Origin: the human T2T-CHM13v2.0 reference genome, Homo sapiens
Strand: one strand, 5' to 3'
Assembly: GCF_009914755.1 (NCBI RefSeq)
Contig: NC_060927.1
DNA: 64,000 bases
Shown: in pieces, positions 1 to 19,315 of the stretch
Layout: every line of letters starts with the position of its first letter
Position numbering within the stretch: the stretch's first letter is position 1
Made by a program: the position numbers and the translations under genes
Notes under the pieces: generated by a model
Seen by the model: the letters and a program-made list of their open reading frames with translations, nothing else
Told to the model about the DNA's origin: nothing
Database searches by the model: none

Positions 1-2127
1 TATTACCTACCTTCTGAAGGCTATTTCTGTCATTTCAGCCATCTCAGCCTCAGCTCAGTTCTGAGCCCTTACTGGAGAGGTGTTGCAGTCATTTGGAGAA
101 GGGGCACTCTATATTTTTGAGTTTTACTATTTTTGTGTTGATTTTTTCCATCTTTATGGGGTCTTTAAGGTTGCTGACCTTTGAATGGGGTTTTTGTGGG
201 GTCTTTTGTGTTGATGTTGTTTTCTGTTTATTTGTTTTTCTTTTAACAGTCAGAACACCCTTCTATAGGGCTGCTGCAGGTTGCTGTGGGTCCCCTCTAT
301 ACCAAGGTTGCCTTAGATTTTCCAGTACCTGCAGGTATCATAATTGAAGGCTGTGAAACAGCAAACATTGTAGCCTCCTCCTTCTGGAAGCTCCATCCCA
401 GGGGAGTACTAATTCATTTCCAGCCTGAACATGCCTGTAGGAGGTGGCCGGAGACCCGAACTGGGAGGCCTCACCCAGTCAAGGGGAACAGGGTCAGTAA
501 CCTGCTTAAAATAAGCTGTCTAGCTGGGCCTGGTGGCTCATGCCTGTAATCCCGGAACTTTGGGAGGCTGAGGTGGGCAGATCACCTAAGGTCAGGCATT
601 CTAGACCAGCCTGGACAACATGGTGAAAACCCATCTCTACTAAAAATACAAAAATTAGCCAGGCATGGTGGCATGCGCCTGTAATCCCAGCTATTCAGTG
701 GACCGAGACAGGAGAATCACTTGAACCTGGGAGGCGGAGGTTGTGGTGAGCCAAGGTCACAACATTGCACTACAGCCTGGGTGACAGAGTGAGACTCTGT
801 CTCCAAAAAAAAAAAAAAAAAAAAAAAAAAAAGAAAGAAAAGCTTTCTGGCTGCTTTTTGGTAGAGCAAGTGTGCCATTTTGGGGATCCCTTCAGCCCTG
901 ATTGTTATGGGTTTTCCAGGGCCCACAGGCTGGACTGACTGAGGTACCTGAACAACCAAGGTGGTGGCCTGCCCCACCTCCCAGCCATTTTGTCTTAGAT
1001 GGAAATTAGAGCTCTGTTCATAGAAAACTGTCTGAGTCCCAGCTGAAGCCCTGGCTGGGAGGTCCCACCCAGTGAGGAGGAATGGATCAGGGTCCTGCTT
1101 TAAGAAGCAGCTGCCATCTGGCAAAGCAGCTGTGCTGCACTGGGGGAACCCTTTCTTGTCTGGACTGTTTGGACTCTCAAAAGCCAGCAGGCTGAGATGG
1201 CTGAGTCCACCTAACCACAGAGATGGTGGCCTCACCTCCCCCCAGGGACTCCATTTTAGGTAGAGGTCAGAGCTCTGTCTGTAGAAAACTGGCTGGGGTG
1301 GCTGAAGCCTGGCTGGGAGCCCCCATTTAGTGAGGAGGAATAGATCAGGGTCCCACTTAAAGAAGCAGTCTGGCCATGGTGTAGCAAAGCAGCTATGCTG
1401 CACTAAGGGGACCCTTTCATCCAGACTGTTTGCACTCTCCAAAGACAGCAGGCTGGAATGGCTGAGTCAACAGAACTGCACAGATAGTAGCTGCCTTTTC
1501 CCCTGGGAGCTCCTTCCCCTCTCAGACAGGCTCCACCCTGTCGCCATTGGCTGGCTGGAATTTCAAACCAGTGAGTCTTATCTTGTGAGGTATCATGGAA
1601 GTGGGGCCCTCAGAATACCGCTGCTTGGCTCCCTGGATTCAGCCCGCTTCCTAGGGATATGCATGGACCTCTTGCCTTACCAGAGTTGCACACACCCTTG
1701 TTGAGGATCCTAGAGCCAGAGTAGGGTCTCTGTGTGTGCCTGAGCAGCTGCTCTGCTGGCCCTCCACACAGCTACAGAGCTGTGTGGGTCCATTGGACCC
1801 TAGGCCCTCATGCCGTGGGCTCATGAGGGGATATCCTGATCTATGTTGCAAAGATCCATGGGAGGAGATTGGTTTCCTGGCAGGGTCACACAGTCATTCA
1901 CTGCCTCCCTTGGTTGGGGGTGGGGGTTCCTTGGCTGTATTCCAGGGTGGGCCATCACTCTACCCTGCTTTTCTTCATTCTCTGTGGATTGAGTTGTTTG
2001 CCTAATCAGTCCCAATGTGAGAACCTGGATATTACGGTTAAAGGTACTATATTCATTCACCCCTTTCATTCCTCTATGTGAGTAGTGTGGACTGCAGCTG
2101 CTTTTAATTGGCCATCTTGGCCCCTCC
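1..2127 (-). mobile_element. 5' portion (long 5'UTR and start of ORF1) of an older primate L1 (L1PA13-16/L1PREC2-like), running off the window start
   Basis: Ends in gccatcttggcccctcc (reverse complement GGAGGGGCCAAGATGGC, the L1 5' terminus). Contains L1 5'UTR-type GC-rich sequence with diverged ~260-bp internal repeats and is interrupted by an Alu. Confidence 0.75.
522..835 (+). mobile_element. AluS (Sx/Sz-like) inserted into the old L1 5'UTR
   Basis: Full dimeric Alu with A-tail; degenerate TSD aaataagctgtct / aaaagctttct. Confidence 0.92.
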
Positions 2128-2414
2128 ATGCAATTCATTCAACTTTTTATCCTTTGTTTATCCTTTACTCTTTTGGGAGAAAATTTTCAAAATAAATATT
2201 TTAAAAACACAGAATGTACTTCAATTATTCAGCTTACCTTTTACATTTACTTTACCAAAATCCTTTAAAAAGAGAGAACTGGTTTTCTATTATTTAACAT
2301 ATATTCACATTACTTAAACCATACAAATTAGAAATAATGAAAAATAATTATGAATGTTCAGTAGAATTTATCTGCAGGATTTAGAAGACATTAAATTGCT
2401 TTAGTATGTCCTCC

Positions 2415-3136
2415 TGTAACCAAACCCAGGTTCAGCTCCCCACTGCTTGAAAGCCAGACAGGAGAGACAGTGGTTAGTAGGAAGGAAAGCAGGTTTATTT
2501 GGAAAGCCGGAGAGTTAGCAAACTGAGCAGATGGTGGACTATAATCACAGATTAGTTCACCACCATCTCTAAAATGCGTAATTGTAAAAAATAGTGTGTT
2601 TTTGTTTTTTGGCTGTTTTTAAAGTTTTAAAAATATTTTAAACATATATGTATTTTAAAAATATTAATGTCATAATAAAACATGCAAAACGATTTATCTG
2701 GTTAACATATGCTTCTCTATGTATGATCTGAAAAATTTTTTTTAATTTACTATAGGATTTTTAAAGGGAAACTTGGTATGGGAAAGATACAGGAGTGGTA
2801 CAGGGTGCAGAGTCTATGTGTCTTTGTTCCAATGGCTTATCTTGGGTAATCATCCATCTGGACGTCAAGATGGCATTATTTTGACTTCAGCCCCTTGGTG
2901 GTAGACTAATTCTTCACAACCCCCCTTAAGCAGGAGGATTCCTCAATCAGGGCTCCATTCCTGGTTTGTTTCGAAATTAGCCTCTGGAATTTCCTAAGCA
3001 AGGACATAACTGTTAAGTACATATTGCCAGAGGGAAGTGTCTAGCGAGGGGCAAAGGAAGAAGGGGTAAAATGGGAGGGAAAGAAGAAGAAAGTAGGTGA
3101 TTAAAATATATTTTTAAAAATGAGGTCCTGGTTACA
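2415..3136 (-). mobile_element. Solo LTR, probably ERV1 class
   Basis: Bounded by TGTAACC...GGTTACA; 4-bp flanks ctcc/ttcc; TTTATT (AATAAA on the - strand) near 2494; AT-rich interruption at about 2576-2745. Confidence 0.65.
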
Positions 3137-5454
3137 TTCCTCTGACTAACAATATATTTAATTATTGTATTTCCAAGTTTCTAAAATTGCAGGTTTTTGT
3201 TACTTACCTAATTAATTTTTTAGCCAAATATGTTTATAAAAACTTTAGTTTAACTATTTTCATGATTTTGGAATGTAGACTTTGACACAGGCAAATATAT
3301 GGACAGCAAATAGTTAAGTTTCTTAGAATTTTCCTAACTCTACTTTGATTTCCAAAATTCTACAAGTGAAATTAGTTATAACAGAATTCTCTTGTAATTG
3401 TACAGTTTTGTTAACACCTTGTAAGAAGTGGGAAAGTAAGAAAGATTCATGATCAAATTGCAAATCGCTATGAAAGTACAAAACAGTTTAGGATTTGAGA
3501 GTTTCTTAGAAGAAGAATTTAGTTATGAATTTTAAGGACACAGAGTAAGTTTATTATTATAAATTTTAAAGTGAAATAGGAAGGTTAAATATGTGACACA
3601 AATAGTTGTGAACTGAGGAATCAGAGAAGAGAGAGAGTATGGATATTTAATATGTTTTGGGTAACATAAAGAACATGATGATTATCCTGTTGTGTAACAG
3701 GAAATGACCAGATGATAGTTGTCATTATTTGGAAGAAATGGCTTGGTATTTTATGACTCAATTTTTATAACAATTGATGAAAAAGGCTCTGAAGTGATTT
3801 GAGGTGATATTATTATTTAATGTACCAAATAAATTTGATATTTATTACAACCAAAATAATTGGTTCATATTGTTCATGCTAAAATAAGCTATTTGTTAAT
3901 AGCTTCATTTTAAAAATATGAAATACCTTTTTCTATTTTAATGGGTTCTATTCACAGGGGCAAGTAAATTTACACATACTTAAGCCACAAAGAAGGGTGT
4001 TTATAAATAGAATACTTCACTTTGATTGAGTAGGCCATTTTATTTTAACTTAAATGTCCTGGGAGGTAGTAACAATTTCTATCAGATTTTTTTCCTTGCA
4101 GATCTAATCTTCATTTCTGTTTTTAGAGTTTATTCTTTATGATCCATTTTTTATTTTATCTTATACCATTATTATTAAATATATTAGCACATTTGGTATT
4201 TCTAATTTTAGTTGTAAATTACCACTTCTATAAGTGATCATTTGTTTCCAGAACTATTTTTTCTGCATACCTTATTATTTTATTAACCATGGTTTTAAAA
4301 TAATCAAATACAAATTTCTAGAATTATTAGACAAAATATAGTAAGCAGAACTAGCTACTTTACTGGTTTTTTGTTGTGTTAAACTACCTATTGAGTATAA
4401 TTTTACCCTGTGTATAACTATGTTATAATAATATGGTGATTGGGTACAGGAATATTTGTAAAAATTACTTTATATTGTTTACATTATTTACATTATTTTC
4501 AAATATTAATGGTTTATATAAAATTATAAACTAAGGGGAATAATTAGAAAGGCCAATGAAATTTAAATAAAATTCACAAATTAAGTACCATAAAATAATC
4601 ACATAATTCAAATGTCCTTTTCCTGAAGGACAATCAATCCTAAATATGAAAATAGAGGTTAGAAAAAACATCCTTTAAGTATAATAGCTTTAAATATTAT
4701 CTTTGCTCCTAGCATTATAAAATTATCTTCTCCATTACTTGTTTTTAATATACTAACATCATAAAGAAATGGGGATATGATATCATTTATTTTTTATATT
4801 AACTTTCAATCATAATGTAAAGATTCAAATATTGGTTCTCTAATGTCTACCCAACGCTTGTACAATTTTAAATGATCCAGTAACACTAAGAGCATTTAGA
4901 TTAATGGTTACTGTTTTAGCAACCTCTCTTCTTCAAATACTTACCATGTTCGTTTTCACTAAACCTGAAGACAATACTCACATTAACAACATTTTTATGT
5001 ATTTTAGAAATAAACTATAACTAAATTATCAGTAGGTTAACTACCTGAGGAATAGTTCATACTGGGGAAAAATAAAATCAAAATATGTTTTTATTTTCCG
5101 ATTAACTACTCTGATTATTTGAACAAATTAAGAATGATATATTATTCCAGGATACAATATTATCTTTTCCATTCAAGGTTAAAAATATAACTTGTGATAT
5201 TTAATTTTGGTTAAACATTTACACATATTTTAACTATTATATGAATATATGTATATGACATATATAAAACTATTATAGGTATTCTACATGGACATACTTT
5301 CTCTTACATAATTCATTTCATATATTCTAGATTTTAAAAGACCATATTATATTTAAACATTTTTGAAAATATAATATATAAAGATAGCATATAAAAATTT
5401 CCAGATTGTTGTGAAGCATCATATTTCATTTTATATAAAGGTTTCCATCCTAAA

Positions 5455-5582
5455 TATTATATATATTTATAACAGTTCAACTTGCCTTAAACATTATATA
5501 TACACACATTATGTATATTATATATACATTATATATATATAATATATATGCACACATTATATATATGTGTGTGTGTGTGTGT
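5455..5582. repeat. (TA)n/(CA)n/(TG)n compound simple repeat
   Basis: tatatacacacatt...atatatgtgtgtgtgtgt seen directly. Confidence 0.9.
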
Positions 5583-6632
5583 AGTCCTAAGGATGTTTCT
5601 GATCTAATTTACACATGCCTATTTTCAAATATGTCCTAAGTTGAGTTAATTCAATGTATTTATATTGAGGATATTATTAATATGACACGAGAGGACTCAT
5701 TAGTGAAAATGAATATTTAGTGTCATACCATATAGCACCTTCATTGTGCAGAGCTGCTAAAACAGTATGGAACAAACCTCCTAAGGAAAATTTGATATAG
5801 CTTTCCTATGCTTTTCCAGACCTATTTTCAACACTGCTAAAAGGGGGGAAAATTCAAGAAGGCACTGAAGAGACCACCTCACCAGAACCTGATGTTACTT
5901 CTCCTCTGGATGTACATGCTGCAGCTCCATAGGAGCCAGGTTGGAAAAGTTTCTAGGAAAACAACATCTATTTTTTTAAATGGAAAGATATTTTTGTATG
6001 GCAATACGTCATTTTAGGCCCCAGAGTTAAGTACATTAAAGTTCACATTTTAGTTTCCACTTAACATTTATTTCTTAAATGTTTTTTAAAACTCAATAAA
6101 AAACATTTGGCTTTTCAAAAATATGTTTGAAATGTAATGGTTTTAAAGCATGCAAAATTAGGTAATTAAAAAAGTCATGTATCTGCTTTACATAAACCTA
6201 AAAAAAAATCAAGCTGTTATGAATCCATTATAATGATAGAGTATGAAGTTAAATTATAAAATTTATATCAAACTTTTCAAGCTCTTTTGTGTATATTATA
6301 TAACTGGCAGTGGATAATTTCTGTAATTCTTTTTGTTCTGTACTTCAAGCTCAAGGAAATGTATAATATTGCTCTTGGGTTTTTTTTTGTTGATGTTCTT
6401 TTTTTAATTTAATTTAATTTTATTATTATTATACTTTAAGTTTTAGGGTACATGTGCACAATGTGCAGGTTTGTTACATACGTACACATGTGCCATGTTG
6501 GTGTGCTGCACCCATTAACTTGTCATTTAGCTTTAGGTATATCTCCTAATGCTATCCCTCACCACTCCTCCGACCCCACAACAGTCCCTGGAGTGTGATA
6601 TTCCCCTTCCTGTGTCCATGTGTTCTCACTGT

Positions 6633-10446
<3,814 letters not shown>

Positions 10447-10509
10447 TATGATGTTAGCTGGTTATTTTGTTCGTTAGTTGATGCAGTTTCTTCCTAGCCT
10501 TGATGGTCT

Positions 10510-11525
10510 TTACAATTTGGCATGTTTTTGTAGTGGCTGGTACCGGTTGTTCCTTTCCATGTTTAGTGCTTCCTTCAGGAGCTCTTTTAGGGCAGGCCTG
10601 GTGGTGACAAAATCTCTCGGCATTTGCTTGTCTGTAAAGGATTTTATTTCTCCTCCACTTATGAAGCTTAGTTTGGCTGGATATGAAATTCTGGGTTGAA
10701 AATTCTTTTCTTTAAGAATGTTGGATATTAGTCCCCACTCTCTTCTGGCTTGTAGAGTTTCTGCCGAGAGATCAGCTGTTAGTCTGATGGGCTTCCCTTT
10801 GTGGGTAACCCGACCTTTCTCTCTGGCTGCCCTTAACATTTTTTCCTTCATTTCAACTTTGGTGAATCTGACAATTATGTGTCTTGGAGTTGCTCTTCTC
10901 GAGGAGTATCTTTGTGGCATTCTCTTTATTTCCTGAATCTAAATGTTGGCCTGCCTTGCTATATTTGGGAAGTTCTCCTGGATAATATCCTGCAGAGTGT
11001 TTTCCAACTTGGTTCCATTCTCCCCGTCACTTTCAGATACACCAATCAGTCGTAGATTTGTTCTTTTCACATAGTCCCATATTTCCTGGAGGCTTTGTTC
11101 GTTTCTTTTTATTCTTTTTTCTCTAAACTTCCCTTCTTGCTTCATTTCATTCATTTCATCTTCTATCACTGATACCCTTTCTTCTAGTTGATCGCATCGG
11201 CTCCTGAGGCTTCTGCATTCTTCACGTAGTTCTCGAGCCTTGGCTTTCAGCTCCATCAGCTCCTTTAAGCACTTCTGTGCATTGGTTATTCTAGTTATAC
11301 ATTCGTCTAATTTTTTTGAAAGTTTTTAACTTCTTTGCCATTGGTTTGAATTTCTTCCTGTAGCTCGGAGTAGTTTGATCGTCTGAAGCCTTCTTCTCTC
11401 AACTCGTCAAAGTCATTCTCCGTCCAGCTTTGTTCCATTGCTGGTGAGGAACTGCGTTCCTTTGGAGGAGGAGAGGTGCTCTGCTTTTTAGAGTTTCCAG
11501 TTTTTCTGCTCTGTTTTTTCCCCAT
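10510..11525 (-). pseudogene. L1 ORF1p remnant (disrupted)
   Basis: MGKKQSRKTGNSK...RYQPLQKHAKL is split over three ORFs (11307-11621, 10939-11256, 10510-10920). Confidence 0.9.
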
Positions 11526-12117
11526 CTTTGTGGTTTTATCTTGTTTTGGTCTTTGATGATGGTGACGTACAGATGGGTTTTTGGTGTGGATGTCCTTTCT
11601 GTTTGTTAGTTTTCCTTCCAACAGACTGGACCCTCAGCTGCAGGTCTGTTCGAGTTTGCTAGAGGTCCACTCCAGACCCTGTTTGCCTGGGTACCAGCAG
11701 CGGTGGCTGTAGAACAGCGGTGGCTGTAGAACAGCGGATTTTCATGAACGCAAATGCTGCTGCCTGATCGTTGCTCTGGAAGTTTTGTCTCAGAGGAGTA
11801 TGCAGTCGTGTGAGGTGTCAGTCTGCCCCTACTGGGGGGTGCCTCCCAGTCAGGCTGCTCGGGGGTCAGGGACCCACTTGAGGAGGCAGTCTGCCCATTC
11901 TCAGATCTCCAGCTGCGTGCTGGGAGAACCACTACTCTCCTCAAAGCTGTCAGACAGGGGCATTCAAGTCTGCAGAGGTTACTGCTGTCTTCTTGTTTGT
12001 CTGTGCCCTGCCCCCAGAGGTGGAGCCTACAGAGGCAGGCAGGCCTCCTTTAGCTGTGGTGGGCTCCACCCAGTTCCAGCTTCCCAGCTGCTTTGTTTAC
12101 CTAAGCAAGCCTTAGCA

Positions 12118-12477
12118 ATGGCAGGCACCCCTCCCCCAGCCTTGCTGCAGCCTTGCAGTTTGATCTCAGACTGCTGTGCTAGCAATCAGCGTGACTCCGT
12201 GGGCCTAGGACCCTCCGAGCTAGGTGTGGGATATAATCTCCTGCTGTGCTGTTTTTTAAGCCCGTTGGAAAAGCGCAGTATTAGGGTGGGAGTGACCCGA
12301 TTTTCCAGGTGCCGTCTGTCACCCCTTTCTTTGACTAGGAAAGGGAACTCCCTGACTCCTTGCGCTTCCCGAGTGAGGCAATGCCTTGCCCTGCTTAGGC
12401 TAGCACACGGTGCGCTGCACCCACTGTCCTGCGCCCACTGTCTGGCACTCCCTAGTGAGATGAACCCGGTACCTTAG
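12118..12477 (+). other. L1 antisense ORF0 homologue, open for 119 codons
   Basis: gcaATGg start; MAGTPPPALLQPCSLISDCCASNQRDSVGLGPSELGVGY matches the primate L1 ORF0 N-terminus; both ORF0 donor-like sites retained (TAG|GTGTGG at 12223, CAG|GTGCCG at 12308). Confidence 0.75.
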
Positions 12478-12722
12478 ATGGAAATGCAGAAATCACCGGT
12501 CTTCTGCTTTGCTCATGCTGGGAGCTGTAGACCGGAGCTGTTCCTATTCGGCCATCTTGGCTCCCGCTGCTCTTGGTTTTAAGTTCAAGTTTAAAAGTAA
12601 TAAGTATTCATATGTTCATTTCCTAAGCCTAGGAGAACTCTGGGATACAAACCAGGGTATTCCAAAATGACCTTGAAGGGACTTTTTTTTTTTAACTGAA
12701 ACTAATTTCGAGACCTAAATTT

Positions 12723-13242
12723 CATAGTCAACTTACTGTGCAATTGCACACCAGAACTTATTCCTCCTATCTAACTCTAACTTTGTATCCATTGACCAGT
12801 CTCTCATTATCCACCACCAGCCTCTGGTAACTACTATTCTCTTTTCTACTTTTATAAGATCAACTCTTTTAGATGCCACATATGTGTGAGATCATGCAAT
12901 ATTTGTCTTTCTGTTCCTCACTTATTTCACGTCCTCCAGGTTCATCCGTGTTGCAGCAAATGACAGGATTTCATTCTTTTTATGTCTGAATAATATTCTT
13001 TTTTGTATATATATATTTTTTTCTTTATCCATTCATCTGCTACCTATTGTATTCTATATTTCAAAATATCTAGAAGGGAGGATTTTGTATGTTCTCACCA
13101 AAAAGAAATGATAAATTTTTGAAGTAATGTATATGCTAAATACTCTGATTTGATTATTATACAGTGTATACATATATCAAAACATTATACTGTGCCCCAA
13201 AATATATACAATTATGTGTCAATTAAAAACAAACAAAAACAC
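12723..13242 (+). mobile_element. L1MA-type 3' end with inverted 5' segment
   Basis: 12723-13040 is L1MA 3' sequence on the - strand; 13044-13242 is the adjacent terminal portion on the + strand, ending aattaaaaacaaacaaaaac. Confidence 0.75.
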
Positions 13243-13538
13243 AAAGATTTTTAATATCCTGAATTTCAGATTTTATATATTAAATGCTTTTGAAAGTGTA
13301 GTGACTCTGTTCAGAATATTGAAATGCACTGGGGTGATAGCTGTTCTGTGAATAGAAGATGCACATAATGATTACAAGTGCAAATGATGTATTTAAAAAC
13401 ATAAGCAGTTAACAGTGAGACTAAACTGTCTAGTTATCAAAACTTATTCAAACATAAAGTAAATAATAATGTAGCGTTCTTTCACTTTTATAATGAAAGC
13501 AAAGTTGACTGTTGTATGATAGAGTATGGTGTTGATTA

Positions 13539-13612
13539 CTGTAGTCCCAGCTACTCAGTAGGCTGAGGCAGGAGGATTGCTCGAGCCTGGGAGGTTGAGG
13601 ATGCAGTGAGGC
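13539..13612 (+). mobile_element. Alu right-arm fragment (AluJ/FRAM-like)
   Basis: ctgtagtcccagctactcagtaggctgaggcaggaggattgctcgagcctgggaggttgagg. Confidence 0.8.
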
Positions 13613-13849
13613 TAGCAGCATATGTTATGCTGAAAAATAAATTGAAAAAAGTATCTGTAAAATGAAATTTAAGGAGATAAGAAAGGAATGAATTTGAGAT
13701 GTTGGAAATTATTGAAATGTAAGATGAGTTTTGCAATTTATGATATATATGATATATCAATAATGTTGTTCTAATAGATCATAAATTGTATTATATCCAT
13801 CAGTGAATAAACATGCTTAATATATTTATCCCTTTTTAGCTATTACACA

Positions 13850-15100
<1,251 letters not shown>

Positions 15101-15334
15101 ACCTGTGCTGTTCAAAACGGAACTCCAGAGTTGATGGATTCCTTGAAATGAAGTAGTCTGCACTCACTCTGTGTTGTCTGAACTGCAAAGCCAGGCAAAT
15201 TCCATCATCAGCTGACTCATACATGATCAAGGCTAACGAAAGTTGTGTAAGCCATGCATTCGAGTTATAATTGATTACCAGCTTACTCAAATATGTTGCA
15301 TGTGTTACTAAACCTACAAAATAAAATCATAGAC

Positions 15335-15480
15335 CTGTGTTACTTTGGTCAGGTCACTTAACAATTCCATATGTAGTTTTCTCATCTGTAAAATAACTCG
15401 ATATTACCTATTTTTCTAGGTTTTTTGGAGGGTTAAGTAAAATGATAATTTTAAAGCATTTAGTGCGGCACATTAATTAC
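15335..15480 (+). mobile_element. MIR remnant
   Basis: MIR core-like sequence tgtgttactttggtcaggtcacttaac...agttttctcatctgtaaaat. Confidence 0.7.
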
Positions 15481-15614
15481 AGATTTACATTATAATTAAA
15501 TGATGAAAAAAATATATATATATCTGTGAATACCAATAAAATTAGTAGATTAAAGTTGTAAAATTTATCTTAAAGGCTAAAGACAGGTGAAAAAGAATAA
15601 ATGCATGATCTTGT

Positions 15615-17870
<2,256 letters not shown>

Positions 17871-19139
17871 GGATTTTTGAAAATGGTATCCTGTACGTAT
17901 TTTGGATATTTTCCCCAACTATTTTTAAATAAGTGTGAAGGCAAAAACTGTTTTTTTAATTGCACTTTGGCAAAGTTTATCTTTGCAAGACTCTTAAAAT
18001 GGATATAGTCATCTAAAACTTGGAGTGTCTTATAGATCAGTTGTTTTCATATATACTTTATTTGCTTCTGTATGTTCTATGTGTCATTGAGGAAAATTTC
18101 TATCATTTCTTGTCAACTACCACATAAAGTTGATTGTGATTCCTCCACCCATATTCCTTTACAGTTCATATGTAACCTTGGCATAATTTTGGCTGTTTTG
18201 AAACTTAGGAATCAGTGCATTGTTTAAGCTGTAGGAAGATATCTTAGTAATTCTTATTGATGTTACTTTTTATTTCCCTGAAAGTCAGGAGAAGGAATAT
18301 TAGATATGTTTTTGAATAAGCCAGCTTTATGGAAAAAAAATGCTAAGTATTTAAAATGTAATTACACTTTGATTAAAATAAATGAATAAAATCTTATTAT
18401 ATAGATTCGTGGTAAAAGGAAAGTCTTTATATTTGATTAGTGGTGTTTCCTCTATCTTCAGGTATGCCTCCTTTCACCACAAGCTCAAGACTCAAGAAAT
18501 TTGTACGTATATAGCAGATCTAAGATAAATGAAAATCTGGTCGCAGTTCTATTTATCAAACAAAACACCTATACCTAATTGTCAAGATTGTTTGCTAAGT
18601 AAAAATTAATCTGTATTGATGTACCAGAGAATTGGAATAAGGTACAAAAGACTAAAGGGCACCAGAAAAGATGGATTGCTTGAACTGAGATTGGCTTTAC
18701 TCACACTGCAATGTGTCTTTTGACTGTGTGCATCCTAAGTTGTGAGTGACTGGGACATTTGGAGGTTATGCCGTGGAGTCCTGCTATGCTGTTGACCATC
18801 ACCATGTATGGTGTTTTGTTGTATGCCGTATATCCCTTTTCATAATGCTCAATAAAATTGGTGTTGGATGAATCCTATTGTCTGTTGCACTTGATTGCTA
18901 AATCAAACCCAAGAACATTGCTACAGTTTTACAAGTGTACATCAGGTCGAAAATAAATGAGAATCTGGCCCAGTTACTGATTGATAGACGGAGAAAAAAT
19001 TGTAAGTTTTTTTTCACTTGTTTTGAATTTAATTCTAATACAAAATTTAACTTAAATCTTAAAAACAAAAAATATTACATGAAACAAAAATAGCTATTAG
19101 TAGCAAAAGGTGTGCAGCATATAAAAAGGCAGTATAAAT

Positions 19140-19315
19140 CTAGCTGTTGAAAGATGGGCTGGGAATTCAAAATTTTGCAGTATTACTTATTAGCTGTGTG
19201 ATTTGGGCCATGTTACCTAACCACTCTATGCCTCAGTTTCTTTATTTGTAAAGTTAGGTTAATAATAATTAATGACATGATGGGACTTTTTGAGAATAAA
19301 GTGAGATTTTTATAA
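19140..19315 (+). mobile_element. MIR remnant
   Basis: acttattagctgtgtgatttgggccatgttacctaaccactctatgcctcagtttc. Confidence 0.75.

Noticed and set aside
717-1442. 241-aa ORF with an internal repeat
   Set aside because: It runs through L1 5'UTR monomers and an antisense Alu (poly-Phe, ETESHSVTQA), so it is a repeat-derived chance ORF.
5820-5945. GC-richer island with an acceptor-like ttttccag and a short reading frame (possible cryptic exon or pseudogene fragment)
   Set aside because: Early stop codon, no convincing donor and no homology I can support.
15210-15220. AP-1/ARE-like motif GCTGACTCAT
   Set aside because: A single short motif is expected by chance in 64 kb and has no supporting context.
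18500-18920. Possible old ERVL LTR (aataaa at 18851, ending ...aagaaca)
   Set aside because: Family and 5' boundary could not be identified with confidence.
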